DNA from: Scenedesmus sp. PABB004
Lineage: Eukaryota
Assembly (NCBI GenBank): GCA_014905635.1
Contig: JABVCE010000005.1
Span: 806,001-870,000, forward strand
DNA length: 64,000 nt
Direction of reading: 5' to 3'
Positions 23,878 to 39,472 of this stretch are shown here, in pieces. How positions within the stretch are numbered: position 1 is the first letter of the stretch; the number at the start of each line of letters is the position of its first letter. The notes under the pieces were generated by a model. It made no database searches, was not told the DNA's origin, and saw nothing but the letters and a program-made list of their open reading frames with translations. The translations under genes were made by a program, and so were the position numbers.

Positions 23878-25409
23878 TCACGCGCCCTCATCGTCGAGCG
23901 AGGGCGGCGCGTCGGCGGCGGCCGCCGCCTCGGCCAGCGCCGCGTCGAAGCGCGCCGACACGTCGGCGAGCGCCTGCTTGCGCGCCTGCAGCTCCGAGAC
24001 CGCCGCGACGACCGCGGGGTCCTGCGGGCGCGCCCCGTGCGCGGCGGGCCGGTGCGGCGGGGCGCAAGTGAGCAGCGGCGGGCGCGGGGCTGCGTTGCTG
24101 CGACTGCTGAGCGCCGCGCCGCGCCACGCCGCGCGGCGCCGCTGCGCACCTGGTTGGCCAAGCCCTGCTGCTCCTTGAGCGCCCGCACCGCGGCCGCCTG
24201 CTCCGCGACCGCCGCCTCGGCCGCCGCGACGTCCTGCGCGCTCGGCGGCACCTCGACCGCGCTCGGCGGCGGCGACTCGCCCTGCACCGTGACGAGCGTG
24301 CCGTCCTCGGTCTCGTACTGGCTGAACACGGCGGCCTGGCCCCACAGCGTGCCTGCGCGCGCACGGGCGCGCGCGCGTGCGCGGAGCTCGGCCCCGCGCC
24401 CGCGCGCCCGCGGCGCGCGCCGCACGCGCCGGCCGCCGCGGCGCCGCGCGGCAGCGCCCGCCCGCCCGCGCCGCGCACCGTCGAGCTCGGTGACGTTGAA
24501 GAGGCGGACGTTTTTGAGTTTGAACCGCTTCCCGCCCAGCGAGCGCCGCCAGCCCTCGTAGTCCCGGATCGCGCCGCCCGCGGCCGCCTGCTCCAGCAGC
24601 GCGTTGCGATCCTGCGGCGGCGGCGGCGCCCGCGGCGTCGGCGTCGGCGGCGGCGGCGGCGGCGTCGGCGGCGTCGGCGGCTCCGGGGCCGGCGCGCGCC
24701 GCCGCGCCGCGCTCGAGCGCGCGCACCTCCTGCGCCGCGTCGTCGGCGGAGAGGCGGGAGGGCAGGCCGATGAAGGTGTCCCACGTGCCCTCGAACAGCT
24801 CCAGCGCCGCGCGGTTGGCGTAGGTGAACACTGGGTCCGCCACGCCCTCCTCAAACTTGTTGTGCGCGAGGCACACAAACGGTGCCGCGTACACCGCCTC
24901 CGCGAGCTGGTCAAACGCGGCCTCGATCAGGAACCTGCGCGCGTGGCGGGCGCGGGCACGGGCGGCGGGCACGGGCGGCGGGCGCGGGCGGCGGGCGCGG
25001 GCGGCGGCGCGGTCGGCGGCGCGCGGCGGCCGGGGGGCAGGCCCCGGGCGCGGGGGGCGCGCGATCGCTCACTCGTCGTAGGCCTTCTTGTAGGACGAGG
25101 TGATGTTGAGCAGCTGCAGTATGACCTCCGGGTCGCCGCGCTGCTCGCGCGTCGCGAGGCCGCCGTCGGCGGCGCCGCCGCCCGCCCCGCCGCGGCGCCG
25201 CCGCCGCCGCCCGCGGCCGCCTCCTCCTTCTTCTTCAGCAGCCCCGCCAGCGCGCCGCCGCCCTTCTTCTGCGCCGGCTTTTTCTCGCCCGCCGCCTTTT
25301 TCTTGGCGGCGCACACGGCGAGCGCCGCCCGCCGTGCCGCCGGCGCGGGCCGCAGCGGCGCTGGCGCGCGGGCCGGCAGGCTGCCACCGAGGCTCCTCGT
25401 CAGCAGCAT
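23878..25409 (-). CDS. Plastid-targeted MEKHLA (PAS-like) domain protein with C-terminal WHEP-like helical hairpin; 1-nt frameshift near 25185-25188
   Basis: VYAAPFVCLAH..DPVFTYANRAALELF...GLPSRLSA...IRDYEGWR.S..GKRF.L...GQAAVF is MEKHLA. The tail VAEQAAAVRALK...VVAAVSELQARK is WHEP-like. Confidence 0.85.
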
Positions 25410-25776
25410 GGCGGCGCTGCGGGGAGGCGGCGGCCGCGGCGACGAGAGCGGCGGCAGCGGCGGCAGCAGCGGCGGCGCGCGGGCGCGTGCGCGGCGCGGC
25501 GGCGATCGAATGCGGTGCGCGCGTCGGGGAGGGCGGGGACGGCGAGATGCAGGTCGTGAAGCGGCGCCGCGCCGTTTGCGCGCGGCGGCGAGCAACCGGG
25601 CGCGTTTTTGGTGGTCTGCTGTTCTGCTGCCAGAGCAGCTCGGTCTCCTCGCTCTGAGCTGCTCGGCGCACTCCCACACGCGCGCAGGTCCAAGGCCGCC
25701 GGACACGTAGCAGCAACAGGGCGCACAGCGGAGGCGCCCGCGGCTCGCCCGCCCCGCCTGGCCCCGCCAGGGGCCC

Positions 25777-26609
25777 ATGGCGCGGGTCAAGGTGCGCCCG
25801 CAGCTGCTGGCAGTGCGAGCGCACAGACTTGGCCGCTGCGGGGCCGGGCGGGCGCGCGGCGCGGCGCGGCGCCGCCGCGCCCGCTGCCGCCGCCCTGAGC
25901 AGCCCCATCCGCCGCCTGCCGCAGGCGACCGCGCGCAAGAAGACCGACGGCCACAAGCGGGTGCGCTGCGGCAGCGGCGGCTGCTCCGGCAACGGCGACA
26001 GCACCGTGCGCCGCGAGCAGGAGGAGCGGACGCCGCCGCGCCCGCGCCGCGCGCCGCCGAAACCGCGCGCCGCCGCGCTCCGCTGCGCCGCAGGTCGTGA
26101 GCCTGGCCAAGCAGGCGCGCGCGCAGGTCGCGCGCAAGGGCGTCGTCGCGGGCAAGGCCATCAAGTCGGCAAAGCGCGCGGCGGCGGCGCCGGTCGGCGC
26201 CGTGCGCAGCGACCCGACCGTGCCGCCGCCGGGGCGGCGCGTGCGGCACGCCAAGCGCGGCACGGTCGCGCTGCGCGAGATCAAGCGGTACCAGAAGAGC
26301 ACCGACCTGCTCATCCCGGGCGCGCCGTTCAGGCGCCTCGTGCGCGAGGTCGCGGCGGGGCTCAAGGCCGAGCTGCGCTTCCAGCCGGACGCGCTGCTCG
26401 CGCTGCAGGAGGCGTGCGAGGCGATGCTGGTGCGGCGGCGGCGGCGGCGGCGGGCGGCGGCGGCGGGCGGCGCGAGCGCGCCGGGCGCGGCGTCGGCGGC
26501 GCGTGCGCGGGCGCGCGCGCTCACGCAGCGGCCGCCGCCCGGCGCAGGTGGGCGTGTTTGAGGACTCGCAGCTGTGCGCCATCCACGCCAAGCGCATCAC
26601 AATCATGTG

Positions 26610-26641
<32 letters not shown>

Positions 26642-26798
26642 GCGCCTGCGCTGCGTGCCGCCAGCGTCCGCGCTGCCCGCACGCCGCCGCCGCCGCCCCA
26701 ACGGCCGCCGCCGCGGCCGCCGCCACGACCGCAGGCAGAAGGACATGGCGCTGGCGCTGCGCCTGCGCGGAGCGGACGTCAAGCCGGCCGCGTTGTGA
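25777..26798 (+). CDS. Divergent intron-containing histone H3 variant (candidate CENH3), ~169 aa. Exons 25777-25791, 25925-25960, 26094-26429, 26548-26606, 26735-26798
   Basis: MARVKATARKK... [30 protein letters not shown]...LRFQ...ALQEA...[20 protein letters not shown]. Confidence 0.9.
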
Positions 26799-27005
26799 GC
26801 TGCGGCAGCCCGGCAGGGGCGACGGCGGCGTTTTTGAGCTGCCGGGCGCCTTGCCCGGGCTGGCGGCCCTGGAGGAGAGCGCGGGGGGTGGGGGGTGGGG
26901 GTCAGCGGCTGGGTCAGAACTCAGGGATCTGGGTGAAAACAGGCAACTTTCAACCTCGGGGTCGCACGAGCGTGCGCGCGCCGCCGCGCCGCCGCACGCA
27001 CGCCG

Positions 27006-28467
27006 TCAGCCCTCGCGCTTCACCTCGCGCTTCACCGCCGCGGTGGGCGGCGCGGCGCCGTCGCTGCTCGCCTGCGCGCTGCCGACCTGCCTGCCGCGCG
27101 GCGCGCCCTCCTCGGCGGCTGCAGCTGCTGCCACCGCAGCCAGCAGCACGTCCAGCCCCGGCGCGGGCGACGTCGCCGGCGACACAGCTGCAGCTGCAGG
27201 CGGCGCGTCGTCGGGCGCAGCTGGCCGCTGCGGGGGCGGCGGCAGGTGCGGCCGTGACGACGTGGCCGGTGGCGTCGACGCCACCGGCGGCGGCTGCGTC
27301 GGCGGCTGCAGCAGCTGCTTCACCAGGTCCAGCAGCCCCGTGCCGGGGCTGAGCCCAGCCAGCGGCGGCGCGGGCGACTGGGGTCGCGCCGCGGCAGCGG
27401 GGGCTGGGGGGCGCGCCTGCCCCAGGCCCCCAAGCCGCGGCACCGCCGTGGCGGCAGGCGCGAGCGTGCCGCCGGCCAGGGCCTGCATGTCAAAGCCGGC
27501 GCTGATCAAGCTCGCGAGCTGCAGCAGCGGCGCCGCCGCAGGCTCCCAGGCCTGGGCCGCGCCCAGCGCTGGCAGGCGGCCGCCCGCGGCGGCCTGCGCG
27601 GCCAGCGCGGCCAGTGCGCCGGCCGAGGCCGCCGCGCCCGCGTCAGCCACCCCGCGCGCGGCGGCGGCGCGGCGCGCTGTAGCCGCGGCGATGGCTCGCG
27701 CGGTCGCCTCGGCGGTCGCAAAGTCCCTCGCGTCGGCTCCCAGGGCCACCAGCTTCGCCCTGACCTGGGCGATGCGCCATCGCGTCAGGGCGAGCTGCGC
27801 CTGCAGCAGCTCGACCGTCGACGGTGCAGGCGCCTGCGGCTGCAGCCGCTGCGCCTGCAGCGCCTGCAGCACCTGCTGCGCCTGCTGTGCGCGCAGCGCC
27901 TGCTGCGCCTGCTGCGCGCGCAGCGCCTGCTGCGCCTGCTGCGCCTGCTGCGCCCGCTGCTGGTGCTCCAGCACCGCACGCAGCCGCTCCACGGAGACGG
28001 GGCTCGTCGCCGGCGGCCCGGGCGCGTGCTGCTGCCGCTTGGCAGGCCTGCGCGCAGGACGAGCGCTCGCGCTGCGACGCGACGCGCGCAGCTGCGGCGG
28101 CGGCGCCGGCGGCTGCCAGCGCGCGCACCTGGGGTCGAGCGCCGCCGCCTGCGAGGGGCGCTTGCCTGTCGCCTGGCCGTGGGCGTGCGTGGCGGGTGGC
28201 TGGGCGGCGCCCGGCGCCGGCGCCGGCGGTCCGCGCCCCGGCGCTGCCGCGTGCGCGCGCAGCTGCTCTACAAGCCCGGAGGCGACCAGCGAGTTCAGGT
28301 CGAGGCCGCGCCTGCGAGGGGGCGGGCGCGGCTGCTCAGCGCTGCCGCGCCGGGGCAGCGCGCGCGGCGAGCAGCGGCGGCGCCGCCGCGGCGCACGCGT
28401 GCCTGGCCAGCTCGGCGCGGAGAATTGACACAAAGTCCCCTGACTCGGGCGGCGGAGCGGCGGCCAT
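27006..28467 (-). CDS. Hypothetical Ala/Gln/Pro-rich protein with coiled coil, 2 exons
   Basis: ATG at 28467 (MAAAPPPESGDFVSILRAELAR) splices through a GC-AG intron in frame into the long ORF ending at 27006. No family recognised. Confidence 0.55.
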
Positions 28468-28804
28468 CGGTGCCGCCGCCGCTGCTGCTGCTGTGCGCGC
28501 GCGCGCTGCGTCCGCGGCGTCGGCGGGGCGTTTGCCGGGGCCGCGCCCAGCCTCGCTGCGGGCTGTGCGGGCTAGTTGGGGAGGCGCGGCCGCCGCGGTG
28601 GCGGCGGCCGGGCGGGCGCGCGCAGAGCCCCGCGGGTCGTTCGACTGCCGCCGCGCGAGGCTGGCGCACGCGCAGAGAGAAGAGAGATTTCAGTGCCCAG
28701 CGCCGCCCGAAAACTCTTCGCCGCTGCCGCCGGCCGCTGCACAGGCAGCGCGCCGCGGCCGCCGCCCCGACACGCCCCGACGCCCGCGCTCGAGCGCCAC
28801 CCCT

Positions 28805-31379
28805 CTACGACTGCGCGAGGCGCACGACCACGACGCGCGAGAGCGCGGTGAGCAGCAGCATGAGCGCGAGCGCTTTCTCCACGCCGCCGAGGCCCTCCGG
28901 CAGCAGCCCGCCGCCCGCCGCGAGGCCCGCGAGCGCGGCGGGGCCCTGCGCCGCGCCGGCGCCGAGGCCCCAGGCGCGGTAAAACCACACGCCCACCGCC
29001 AGCAGCAGCGCCGCGTCGGCCGCGCGCTGGCCCGGCGGCACGCGGCGCGGCGCGTCCGCGCGCGCCGCCGCGAGCCCCGCCTCGCAGTCGGCGAGGTTGC
29101 GCGTCACCAGCGCCAGCAGCTCCTGCGCCGCGGCGCCCGGGGGCGCGGGTCGGCGGCGCTTGTCGCGAGCCCGGCGCGCCCCGCCGCCCCGCTCCGCCGC
29201 GTCGCGCCCCGCCCCGCGGCCGCGCTGTGGCGCGCGCACCTCGCGCGTGGGGTCGTCCGGGTCCACCTCCAGCTCGGCCTTGGCTCGCAGATCCTGCGCG
29301 GCGCGGCGCGGCGCGGCGTTTGCGCGGGCGCAGCGCGCGGGGCGCAGGGCGCGCGGCCGGCGGCCCCCGTGCGTGCAGTCCCGGGCGCGGCGGGTGCGGC
29401 GGGCGCCCCAGCCCCCCGACACGCGGCGCGCGCCTGCAGGAAGGCAATGAACCAGGTGAACAGGTCGGCCATGCCGTCGCACTCGTCAAACACGCGCGCC
29501 GTCAGCCCGCGCCGCAGCTTCACCACGCCTGCATACGGCGGCGCGCGGCGGTGGGCGCGCGGCCGTCGGCGCGCCGCAGGCGGCGCGCGCGCGCGCGCGC
29601 GTGAGCGCTGCGCCCGCGCCGGCGCGGCGGCGGCGGCGCACCCTCGAACACCGCGCCGTTGTTGTAGACCAGGGCGAGCGTGCCGATCGCCATCACCTGC
29701 GGAGGCAGGGCAGGGGTTGAGATTCCCACGGCGCGCGGGCGGCGCGGTGAGCCCGCGGCGCTGCAGGCACACGGGCAGCGGTGCGGTGCGGTGCGGTGCG
29801 GTGCGGTGCGGTGCGGTGCGGTGCGGTGCGGTGCGGTGCGGTGCGGTGCGGTGCGGTGCGGTGCGGTGCGGTGCGGTGCGGTGCGGTGCGGTGCGGTGCG
29901 GTGCGGTGCGGTGCGCGCCTGGGGGATGGCGCAGAACCTGAAGATGTCCCTGTCGCGCAGGCCCGCCATGTAGCGCACGCACTGGGGCAGGTGCGACAGC
30001 GCGTTGGTCACCTGCGCGCGCGGGGCGGCGGCGGCGGCGGCGGGTGCGGCGGGCGCGGCGTGTGAGCGGGGACTGCCGCCGCACGCAGGGAGGGACTGCC
30101 GCCGCCGGCGGCGCCGCCGCGCGCGGTGTCGCACCATGTGGTTGAGGCAGGCGAGCGCGTGTGCGCGGTTGCTCGGGTCCTTGAAGTCCTCCAGCGCGCC
30201 GGCGTAGCGGCGCCAGATCTCGGCCGGCCAGAACATGCGGGGCGCGGGGAGCTCGTTGATGTCCTCCTGCGCGGCGGCAGGGGGGAGGGTTGAGGGGCGG
30301 GCGGCGGGGGAGTGACAGGGCGGGCGAAGCAGCAGGGCGGCGCGGGTGGTGGTGGGTGTGGTGCGGGCGCCGCGGGCGGCGGGTGTGACCCGTGCACGCG
30401 CGAGGGGGCGGCGGCCGCGCAGCGCGCGGGGCTCACGCGCCGGCCGCGCAGCGCGTGGGCCGGCAGTGCAGGGTGGAGCCTTCTCATGGGCCCCGCCGCT
30501 CTGCAGACACCGCCCCCGGCGCCGCGCGGCGCCGCCGCCGCGATGCGGCGGGGGGCGCGGCGCGGCGCGCGCCGGGGCGGGGGCCGGGCCCGTTGCAAAC
30601 CATTCTTGCGCACCGAGTCATCACCGCCCCGCGCGCAGCAGCGGCGGCCGCCGCGCCCCCTAAGCAACGGCCTAACGCTCCGCGTAACGCCCAAACAACA
30701 ACACGCGCGCCGCGCGGCGCACCAGGTAGTCGCGGATAATGTTGGTCTTTTGCAGGAACAGGCCCATGTCGTTGGACAGCTTGGTCGCGCGCGCGTAGCT
30801 GCCCGACTCCAGCCCCGACTCCGCTGCGCAGCACGAGGCGCGCGGCGGCAGCGGCGGCGCCGACGGCGGCGGCGGTTCGGTGCCCAGCCGCGCGCGCGCG
30901 CGCCGCGCCGCGCCGCGCGCCCAGCGCGGCGGCGGCGGTGCTGCGGCGCTGCGGCGCTGCGGCGCGGCGCACCGAAGAGCTGGCTGAGCCCGATGCCGAC
31001 CAGGCCGGCGACGTAGTGGCAGTACAGGTCGTAGTCGGCCACGCTCACGACCTGGCGGCGGCGCGCGCCGCACACAGACCGGGATGGGGGGGGGGGGGGG
31101 GGCGGTCGTCGTCGTCGGCTGCAGCGCCGCGCGGCCCCATCCCTCTGCCCGGCCCGCCCCGCGCCCCGCCGCCCCGCCGCCCCGCTGCCGCCGCGTGCGC
31201 CGCGCGCGCACGTCCTTCTGGATGAACTCCGCCATGCCCGCGCCCATGCGGCGCGTGATGTCGGCGATCACCGCCTGGAAGCCGGGGTCCAGGCCAAGGA
31301 ACACGTCCACGACCGTGCCAAAATGGGCCATGAGCGCGACGTAGTGCCCGTAGCCGCAGGCCATCGTGAAGCCGCTGCC

Positions 31380-31425
<46 letters not shown>

Positions 31426-31970
31426 GGCGGCGGGGGTTGTCGGCGGCGGGAGCGGCCCGGAGAGAGGGAGCAGGGTCCCCTCAGGGCGCCGCGCTGGGCC
31501 GGCTCTCGGCGCCCACGCGCGCCCCGCCGTGCTGCCGCGCCGCCGGCCACGCCGCGGCGCACCGCTCGTAGATGCGCTCGTGGAAGGCGAGCAGCGCGGG
31601 CAGCTTGGTGGCGTCGGGGAGGGCCATGTCGTCCTCCACGGTGTCCAGGCCGCGCAGGACGAGGTAGAAGACGCAGATCGCGTCGCGCAGCGGGTTGGGG
31701 AGCTGCTGGATGACGACCGCAAAGCTGCGGGAGACCTTGTTGAGCATGTCGTAGCAGAACGCGAGCTTCGGGTCCTCCGGCAGCCGCGTCGCGCGCCGGT
31801 GCGCGGCGTAGATGCGGATCTGCGCGCCCGCGGCGCGGGCTGCGGCGTCGGTCGGCGCGCGGCGCTGCTGCTGCTGCGCCGCCGCCGCGCCGCGCTGCGG
31901 CCTCCCGGCAGCAGCTCACCAGCGGCAGCAGCTCATCCGGGTGCTCCAGCACCTCCGCGAGCTTGCCCAT
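28805..31970 (-). CDS. SQS: Squalene synthase (farnesyl-diphosphate farnesyltransferase), ~10 exons
   Basis: VSRSFAVVIQQL, YLVLRGLDTVEDDM, YCHYVAGLVGIGL, MGLFLQKTNIIRDYLED, FCAIPQVMAIGTL, VVKLRRG and a C-terminal TM anchor. Confidence 0.96.
29778..29915. repeat. (GCGGT)n pentanucleotide microsatellite, ~27 perfect units, in an SQS intron
   Basis: Perfect tandem array, read directly. Confidence 0.97.
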
Positions 31971-32326
31971 CGCGGCCGGGCGCGCGGGCGCGCGCGGAGC
32001 CTGCGCTGATGGCGCGCCTGCCGCGCGCTGGGCTTCCGGCGCGCCGCGCCAGGGCAGGCACTAAAAGGAGGCGGTGAGTTGGGTGCGCGATCGCGGTGGG
32101 GGCCGAGCCTTCAGCGCACCGGCGGCGCGCGGGGCGGCGGCAGCGCGGAGGCTCAGGGCCGGGGCGGAACTCGGACCGTGCGGGGGTGCTGACCAGCCAC
32201 GGATTGCTCTCCAGTTACGGCAGTTCGTGATGCAGCAACACCGACCGTCCCTCAGCGGCTCGAGCCCGCGCTGCGCCCGCCCGCCTCTGCCCCACCCGCT
32301 CCTGTGACTGACCCGCCGCCTCACTC

Positions 32327-33279
32327 CTACTCGGCCTGCTCCTTGCTCGGCGCCGCCGCCGCAGCCGCCGGCGCGGCCGCCGCGTCAGCTGCCGGCGCGG
32401 TGGCGTCTTGCTTGGCCGCACGTGCGGCCTGCTTCTTCATCTGCCTCGCCTGCTTCCTCAGCTGCTTCTTGTTGAGCGGCGGCTCCGCGGGCGCGGGCTC
32501 CGCCGCCGCCGCCGGCTTGGGCTCTGCGGCCGCTGCCGCCGCCGCGGGCGCGGGCTTGGCCGCCGCCGCCGCGGGCTTGGCAGCGGGCGCGGGCTTGGCC
32601 GTAGCGGGCGCGGGCTTTGCTGCCGCCGGCTTGGCCTTGGCCGCGGGCGAGGGCTTGGCCGCCGCGCCGGGCTGCGCCTGCTTCTGCTGGCCCTTCTGCT
32701 GTCCCTGCCCGTTCTGCTGGCCCTGCTGCCCCTTCTGATGGCCCTGCTGCCCCTTCTGCTGGCCCTGCTGCCCCTTCTGCGCCAGCTTCTCCAAGTGCGC
32801 CTGGTGCCGGCGCTGCGCCCGGTTGAGGGGCGTGCCCTGCTCCGGGGGGCTCTGCGCCTTGCCCGGCGGCGACGTGACCGCCGCCGGCGCGGCCGGCGAC
32901 GCGCCGGCGGCGCCGGCGGGCCGCGCCGCCGGGGGCGCGGCGCCGCCGCGCGGGCGCTTGGCCTGCTGCTGCAGCGGCGGCGTCGACGTCGGCGCGGCCG
33001 CGTCCTCGCGCGCGCGCTTGGCGCTGGGCTGCGGCTTGGCCGCCTCGCCGCACGCCTCGCCGTGCGCGGCCGCGAGCGCCAGGGCCTCATTGAGGAGCTG
33101 CGGAGCGGGGCAGGTCGGGGGGCGCGGGTGAGCCGGCGGCGGCGCGGCTGCACGAGCGCGCGGGTCCGCCGCTGGCTGCGTGTGCGCACCTGCACCAGGC
33201 GCGGGTTCGCGGGGCTCATCTGGTGGGCCGTAACCACGCAGGCGCCCAGCTGGGAGGTGAGGATGACCGGGAGCGACAT
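32327..33279 (-). CDS. Hypothetical Lys/Ala/Pro/Gln-rich basic protein, 2 exons
   Basis: MSLPVILTSQLGAC...LVQ then a GT-AG intron, then LLNEALALAA... with KGQQGQQ and AKPA repeats. No family recognised. Confidence 0.55.
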
Positions 33280-33834
33280 GGCTGTGGCTTGGCTGTGGCT
33301 GCCTGCGCCGAGCCGCCGGCGGCTGCTGCTGCCGCTGCTGCCCTCCTGGCCGGTGCGCCGCGCAGCGCGCCCCGGTTCGCCGCGTGCGAACTGAGGCTCA
33401 CAACTGCGTCTACGTGAGCGCGGCGCCTGGCTCGCGCGGGCCGCGCGTCTGGTCGCTGGCGGCGCGATGCGGGCGGGTTGCCTGTCGGGGGTGCCCGTAT
33501 GCGTTGCGCCGCGCTGCGTCTGCCTAGCGTAGAGAGCGCGGCGCGCGCGGAGGGTTGGCCCCAAGCGCCGCGGCTGCAGAAGACGAACCAGGCGTCGTTA
33601 CGCCGAGCCGCCGTCGGCCGCCGCCGCAAAGCCGGCCCGCCGTGCAACACGACATGAAGAATGCGCCCCTCCACAGGGCAGCGCCAGCTCCAGCTCCCTG
33701 CATCCCCACCCGTCCACGCACGCCGGCGCCGCGCCAGCCCCCGCCGCCCGCTGCGCGTCCCGCCCGCCGCCCGCTGCGTCCGGCCCACCCCTTGCCGCCG
33801 CCGCGCCAGCGCCGCTTGCCGTGCCGCAACGGCC

Positions 33835-38712
<4,878 letters not shown>

Positions 38713-39472
38713 GGCTGCCGATGATCGCCCGCCCCGCGCGGTCGCGGCCCGGCCGATGCCCCGCGCAGGCGGGGGCCCGCTGATCGGTGGCGCCGGGGAT
38801 CCGGCGCCACGCAGCTCCCGGCCGCGCTCGCGCCTCGGCGAGACCGAGCTCGCCGGCGCGGCTGCTGCGCTGTCCGCGCCCTGCGCGCGGGAGGACGATC
38901 GGGGGATTGCCGGACGCTCGCGCGGCGGCGCCAATGCGGGCGCGGCGCGGCCGCCGCGGGGCAGCAGCAGCGCCGGCGGCGGGCTGGCGCCGGGGCGCAG
39001 CAGTGCCCTGCCGGGGCGCGCGCGGCGGCGTGCTAGCGGCGTCCGAGCTGGGCAGCTGCTGGCGGCTGGCTGCCAGGTCTTGCGTCAACGGGTGCGTGCG
39101 CTGCCGCGCGTCGGAGACCGCAAAGCCGACACGATTTACAGTCGCGCGGCGGTCGGCGCGGCGGGCCCGCGCCCGCGCGGGCCCGCCCAAAATCGCCGCC
39201 GCGAATGCCGTCGCGTCGCCGTCTGATCACGCGCGCACGTCGTCGTCGAGGGCGGCCGGCGGCCTGCAAGCTGCGTGCGCTGTGCGCGCCCGCGCGCCGG
39301 CGGCGGCGGGCATGGGGAGTCCTGCTCTCACGTGAGCGAGCCGCTCGCGGCCGTTCGTGCCGCACAAAAATCAATGCAGAGAGGTCTGTTCTGCCCGCGT
39401 GCACCCCGTTCAGAGAGCGAGGGCGACGCCGTCAGGCGGGCGCGTCGCCGGCGCAGACCGACGGCGCGCGGG

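Noticed and set aside
26900..26965. AT-richer patch between the H3 variant and the orphan gene, with CTGA motifs on the minus strand
   Set aside because: No convincing box C or recognisable guide. It is compatible with ordinary 3' UTR.
29778..29915. Tandem arrays as a possible CRISPR or telomere
   Set aside because: No spacers and no cas genes. The units are simple microsatellites inside introns, not TTTAGGG-type repeats.
28805..31970. Squalene synthase as the core of a terpenoid biosynthetic cluster
   Set aside because: No neighbouring P450, cyclase or other tailoring genes. It looks like the housekeeping sterol-pathway gene.
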